The notes under the pieces: generated by a model
What the model saw: only the letters and a program-made list of their open reading frames with translations
Told to the model about the DNA's origin: nothing
Database searches by the model: none
Source: a virus
Length of the DNA stretch: 64,000 bases
IMG/VR virus record: IMGVR_UViG_3300020469_005214
Span: 77,670-141,669 of that record
Strand: one strand, 5' to 3'
Position numbers and translations under genes: made by a program
Shown here: positions 60,129 to 64,000 of the stretch, one piece after another
Position numbering within the stretch: the first letter of the stretch is position 1
How the letters are laid out: every line of letters begins with the position of its first letter

Positions 60129-60707
60129 TTACCAAACAATAGCATCTAATTCTGCGAAAGTACTTGCACTAGCAACTGATTCACTAAGTTCTTTTTCACG
60201 AGCAAATGCGGCAGATTTTCTTTCAATAACTTCTTTAATCGCTGTTTGAAACTGGGCTTTTGAGACGGTATTATAAGAACCATCGGCACATTTATAATTT
60301 GTAAAAGAACCGCCATCCGATAGATTATCTGAAATTGTTTTAAGATCAAGGACAGTTTCTAAGTCCCCTTTGAATTTAAGACCATCACTCGTTGTAAGAG
60401 TAGAAGTATATTCTGCATCCCTAGCGTTTTTGATCTCAACAATCTTTCTGGCTTTCAAAAAGCCAGAAGTTTCTGTGAACCTTTCTTCTCTTTCTTGTGA
60501 TTTTTCATATGCCATCTTCTCTTCGAAAGTCATAAGATCACTGTTGATTAAGAAAAGTGACTCACTCGAAGACTCAAAGGTTTCAGCTTTTGCGTTCGAT
60601 ATACTCACTGCTTCTCGAATATTTACATCGTAAGAGCCGTTTGCATATGCGGCTTCTTGTACTTTACAGATTCGTTTTGTATTTTTATTAATTAAGGCGT
60701 TTTTCAT
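60129..60707 (-). CDS. DUF4376-like tail-fibre assembly-associated protein
   Basis: EIKNARD...AFARE..L...V..A....ELDAIVW. Confidence 0.65.
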   Translation of the reverse strand: MKNALINKNTKRICKVQEAAYANGSYDVNIREAVSISNAKAETFESSSESLFLINSDLMTFEEKMAYEKSQEREERFTETSGFLKARKIVEIKNARDAEYTSTLTTSDGLKFKGDLETVLDLKTISDNLSDGGSFTNYKCADGSYNTVSKAQFQTAIKEVIERKSAAFAREKELSESVASASTFAELDAIVW

Positions 60708-61504
60708 AATTTTTTAATCCATTGGAATTTTTGGTTAAGTTGTTCTGAAAGTTGGCGACCGAGAATTTCGTGCCAATCTTTATTTAGTGGTTTTATTTCT
60801 TGACGGATAATGTGATCTCCGTATGGGAAACCTATATCATTTTCTTTAGTATATTGCTTTACATTAGATGTGTTGTGAACAAAAGGTTCTTCTTCAAGAA
60901 ACTCCCATATACTATTCATTACACTTTGTGGCTCTTCTGTGAGCTTTTCGGCATGAATAAACATTAATTTATCGCCAAATCTTTGAGAAGCTTCGTGCAA
61001 TCTTTCGATAGCAATTCCAATTGGCGGGCTTTGTAGCCAGCCTTGGACCCGTTTATCAATAGTTGTCCAACTCTGTGGGTTTTGTTGCTCTGCTCCATTA
61101 AAAACCTCTGGATGCTTTAAACGTTTCTTTTCCATGCTAGAAAGAACACCGCGTATATCACGTACTGGAACAAGAACCTTAGCATCTGGCCAGATTTTAA
61201 ATAGTTGGTCTAAGTGACCAATCCAAGAACGACACTTATCTACAACTACTGGGCGGTCTGTGATACTATTAAATGCGTTTTCACATCCAGCCTTAACATA
61301 GTCAAAATACATAGGCTCAAGAACTTTTTCCATATCTACGGCTTTAGCCTCTTCTGTTTGAAAGACTTGACGAGCAATGTAACCTATTTCGTGCAAGGCA
61401 CTAGTAGGCGTTGCGTGAACTCTTGGATTTTGTGCAAGCATATTGCAGAGCAGGGTTGAACAAGCCCTTGGTAAGCCAGAAACAAAGTGCAATTTTTTAC
61501 TCAT
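60704..61504 (-). CDS. sulfotransferase-family protein
   Basis: PAPS-binding SGLPRACSTLL, DKCRSW, VRD...LSS. Confidence 0.85.
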   Translation of the reverse strand: MSKKLHFVSGLPRACSTLLCNMLAQNPRVHATPTSALHEIGYIARQVFQTEEAKAVDMEKVLEPMYFDYVKAGCENAFNSITDRPVVVDKCRSWIGHLDQLFKIWPDAKVLVPVRDIRGVLSSMEKKRLKHPEVFNGAEQQNPQSWTTIDKRVQGWLQSPPIGIAIERLHEASQRFGDKLMFIHAEKLTEEPQSVMNSIWEFLEEEPFVHNTSNVKQYTKENDIGFPYGDHIIRQEIKPLNKDWHEILGRQLSEQLNQKFQWIKKL

Positions 61505-61568
61505 ATTTATATTATATGAACAGTAATTTAAAATTCAACTATAACATATTTCACAATTTCAACATATA

Positions 61569-62450
61569 TTAAAATGCAGTTCCGATTGTTGTGTCCACGT
61601 TATTTTCAAAGGATTCGTATTCATCTAAAATCATATACTCTATTGTAATATACCAAACCCCATCTGGAGCATTGGCTTCAGAGGAAGGAATGTGGGCTGA
61701 TTTTAAAACCAAATCTCTGTTTGCATATTGTTTTAATTCAGAACTAGAGGGAGCGGTTTTTCTTGTGAACCAGTCACTTTCTGTATTTGCTGTTGATATA
61801 GGAAGAGCCATTAGTTGAGCGAAACCTCCTGTATTGCCAGCGTTCTGAAAAGTTCCAATTTGTATTGCAGAGTTCCCGCCATTTCCGCTTCCAAAAGTTC
61901 CCGCTCGTGTACCATAATCGCAATACACACTCATTTCAATGGGAACAATGTATTTATTTGCAACTCCAGCGACAAGGACAACTGGAGTTCCTAACCCTGT
62001 AAAAGCAGTTCCTTGGAGTTTAAAAGTTTTTATTAAAGTTTTTTCAACTATTTTGCCGTTACTTCCGAATGCTGGAATAGATTTAGGTTGGTTAGTAGCA
62101 TCTGAAAGATTGTGGAAATCTCCACCTCCATAATCCTTAGCTTGCAAATAATCTCCGTTTGATCCTGCACCAACAAAAAAGCCCTTAGCGTTTATGTTGA
62201 TATCATTCGCTTTTATTGTTCCATTAACATCTAGAGCGGCACTGGGGGCACTACTAGTTCTAATACCAAGTTTGCTTGAAGAATCAGTAAGGACCAAATT
62301 GCCACTAACATTAACATCTCCAGAAAAATTCTTAAGATTACTGTAACTAATTTTCTTAGTTTGTGAAGTTGAAGTGTCAACAATCGGAATAAAGTCACCG
62401 CTCACGGGGGCAGTTAATTCGGTAAGTTGTGATATTTTGCTATTTGCCAT
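61569..62450 (-). CDS. tail-fibre-like protein
   Basis: ANSKISQLTELT N-terminus shared with 50919; LGIRTSSAPSAALDVNG fibre repeat. Confidence 0.65.
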   Translation of the reverse strand: MANSKISQLTELTAPVSGDFIPIVDTSTSQTKKISYSNLKNFSGDVNVSGNLVLTDSSSKLGIRTSSAPSAALDVNGTIKANDININAKGFFVGAGSNGDYLQAKDYGGGDFHNLSDATNQPKSIPAFGSNGKIVEKTLIKTFKLQGTAFTGLGTPVVLVAGVANKYIVPIEMSVYCDYGTRAGTFGSGNGGNSAIQIGTFQNAGNTGGFAQLMALPISTANTESDWFTRKTAPSSSELKQYANRDLVLKSAHIPSSEANAPDGVWYITIEYMILDEYESFENNVDTTIGTAF

Positions 62451-62451
62451 G

Positions 62452-63999
62452 CTATAAAGTATCTATAATTGTTAAACCGCCATATAAGTTTCCATCGCCT
62501 GCCGCTTGATAGCTCGCTGTAGCACCAACTGGCACGTTAATTTGTGTAGTCGCAACATTATCAAATACAGTTGACCCCGAAAGACTTGGAGCACTTATTG
62601 CGAGTGAATTGATTGTTGCTAGTGAAGAGCATCCATCGAATGCAGAATTTCCAATTCCAGTCACGCCAGTTGGTATGGTAATACCAGTTAATCTATTGCA
62701 GTCGTGAAAAGCAAAGTTTCCAATTGAAGTTGCATTATTAGGAATTTTTATGCCGCTTAAACCAATACATTCTTGAAATGTTCTATCTCCAATTCCAGTT
62801 ACACCAATTCCAATCGTAACACTGGTTAGACCACTACAGCCATCAAATGTTCCGTTTCCAAGAGAAACCACACTGTCTGGAATTCCAATATTAATTAAAC
62901 TAGTACAATCAGCAAATACATTATCTGAAATACCAGTTAAGGAACCGCCCAGTGTAACACCAGATAAACTAGAGCAATATTGAAATGCTTGTGACCCGAT
63001 TGAAGTTACAGAGTTAGGAATAATAATATCAGTTAAGCTGTGGCAGGTACTAAATCCTTGTCGTTGTATCTCAGTCAAGTTCTCGCCAAACGTAACACTA
63101 ACCAGATTTCGACAGTCAGTGAAAAGTCCAGTTGAAATTGAGGTCAAACCGCTTCCAATTGTAGCACCAGTCAAGTTGGAGCCAGCAAATCCACGGTTCC
63201 CAATAAGAGTTACGGTATCAGGAATGGTAATGCCACTTAAAACAGCGCCCCCAAATGCACCTACTCCAATTCCAGTCACGCCACTAAGGTCAATCCCCGT
63301 GATGCCACACCCATCGAATGCATAATTTTCAATCGAGGTCAATGGGGATATTAGTGTTAATGAGGTAAGATTATTTGCGAATAAAAATGCAGAATTACCG
63401 ATTATGCTTACACCACTTGGAATAGTATAATCAGTAACACCTGATTGTGCTGCAAACTGAATTAATTTATTGGTCGACGATTGAATTATAGATCTGCCAT
63501 CAGTACTAAAATTAGTATTTGCAGGATCGATTGAAATGCCAGTCAATTGATTCATAACGCCAAAAGAACTAGTTCCAATTGACGATACTGAATCACCAAG
63601 TACTACATTAGTAATATTGGTGCCATAAAATGCAATACTTCCAATTCCAGTAACAGAATTTGAAATGTTTAGTTCTCCAGTAAGATTAGCATACATAAAA
63701 GCCTGACTTGCAATTGAGGTAACACTATCGGGAATATTTACTTTAGTAAGATTATTGGAGTTAAAGAATGCACCACCTCCAATCGAGGTTATGGGACAAG
63801 CTAAAGTTACTTCTTTTAAACTAGGCAAATAATAGAATGCATAACTTCCAATCGAGGTAACATTACTACCGACATAAACAAATTCGGTATCAGAAGAAAA
63901 ACCCCCTGTAATTGAAGTTACTGCTGTTGTTGTAATTCGTCCACCAGTAGTAAAATCTGTAGTAAAAGGAAAAGTTTGCCCTATGGCATTATCACTCAT
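62452..63999 (-). CDS. BspA/TpLRR leucine-rich-repeat protein
   Basis: Many 23-aa repeats of the type LT.ITIP..VT.IG..AF..C; start lies at the window edge. Confidence 0.9.
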   Translation of the reverse strand: MSDNAIGQTFPFTTDFTTGGRITTTAVTSITGGFSSDTEFVYVGSNVTSIGSYAFYYLPSLKEVTLACPITSIGGGAFFNSNNLTKVNIPDSVTSIASQAFMYANLTGELNISNSVTGIGSIAFYGTNITNVVLGDSVSSIGTSSFGVMNQLTGISIDPANTNFSTDGRSIIQSSTNKLIQFAAQSGVTDYTIPSGVSIIGNSAFLFANNLTSLTLISPLTSIENYAFDGCGITGIDLSGVTGIGVGAFGGAVLSGITIPDTVTLIGNRGFAGSNLTGATIGSGLTSISTGLFTDCRNLVSVTFGENLTEIQRQGFSTCHSLTDIIIPNSVTSIGSQAFQYCSSLSGVTLGGSLTGISDNVFADCTSLINIGIPDSVVSLGNGTFDGCSGLTSVTIGIGVTGIGDRTFQECIGLSGIKIPNNATSIGNFAFHDCNRLTGITIPTGVTGIGNSAFDGCSSLATINSLAISAPSLSGSTVFDNVATTQINVPVGATASYQAAGDGNLYGGLTIIDTL

Positions 64000-64000
64000 T

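Overview
This window is a 64-kb segment of a large, AT-rich tailed dsDNA phage genome. No integrase or CRISPR array is visible. From left to right it holds: (1) 1-14.7 kb, a replication and metabolism module with a metallophosphoesterase, DnaB, primase, a RecB/Cas4-like nuclease, an S26 peptidase, ADP-heptose genes, a DEDDh exonuclease and a split DnaE; (2) 14.8-42.2 kb, a long + strand early/accessory region of small genes, mostly behind sigma70-like promoters with 16-bp spacers and often leaderless, plus 2 cytosine methyltransferases, a DenV-like glycosylase, a lysozyme-like protein, 3 tRNAs, a 70-nt tmRNA consisting only of the tRNA-like domain, several candidate structured ncRNAs, two DUF932 paralogs sharing a structured leader, and long non-coding spacers built from at least five recurrent DNA motifs; (3) 42.4-48.9 kb, a LAGLIDADG-like gene, PhoH, a phage sigma factor, an ERCC4 nuclease and the large terminase; (4) 48.9-64 kb, membrane and tail-fibre-like genes, an epimerase, GMP reductase, a DUF4278-like gene behind a complete sigma54 promoter, an operon of two PEP-CTERM proteins plus an outer-membrane beta-barrel, a sulfotransferase and a BspA-type LRR protein. 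The PEP-CTERM tails and the sigma54 site point to a Gram-negative, exosortase-bearing host, possibly Verrucomicrobiota (inference). All family calls are motif recognition by eye; no database searches were run.
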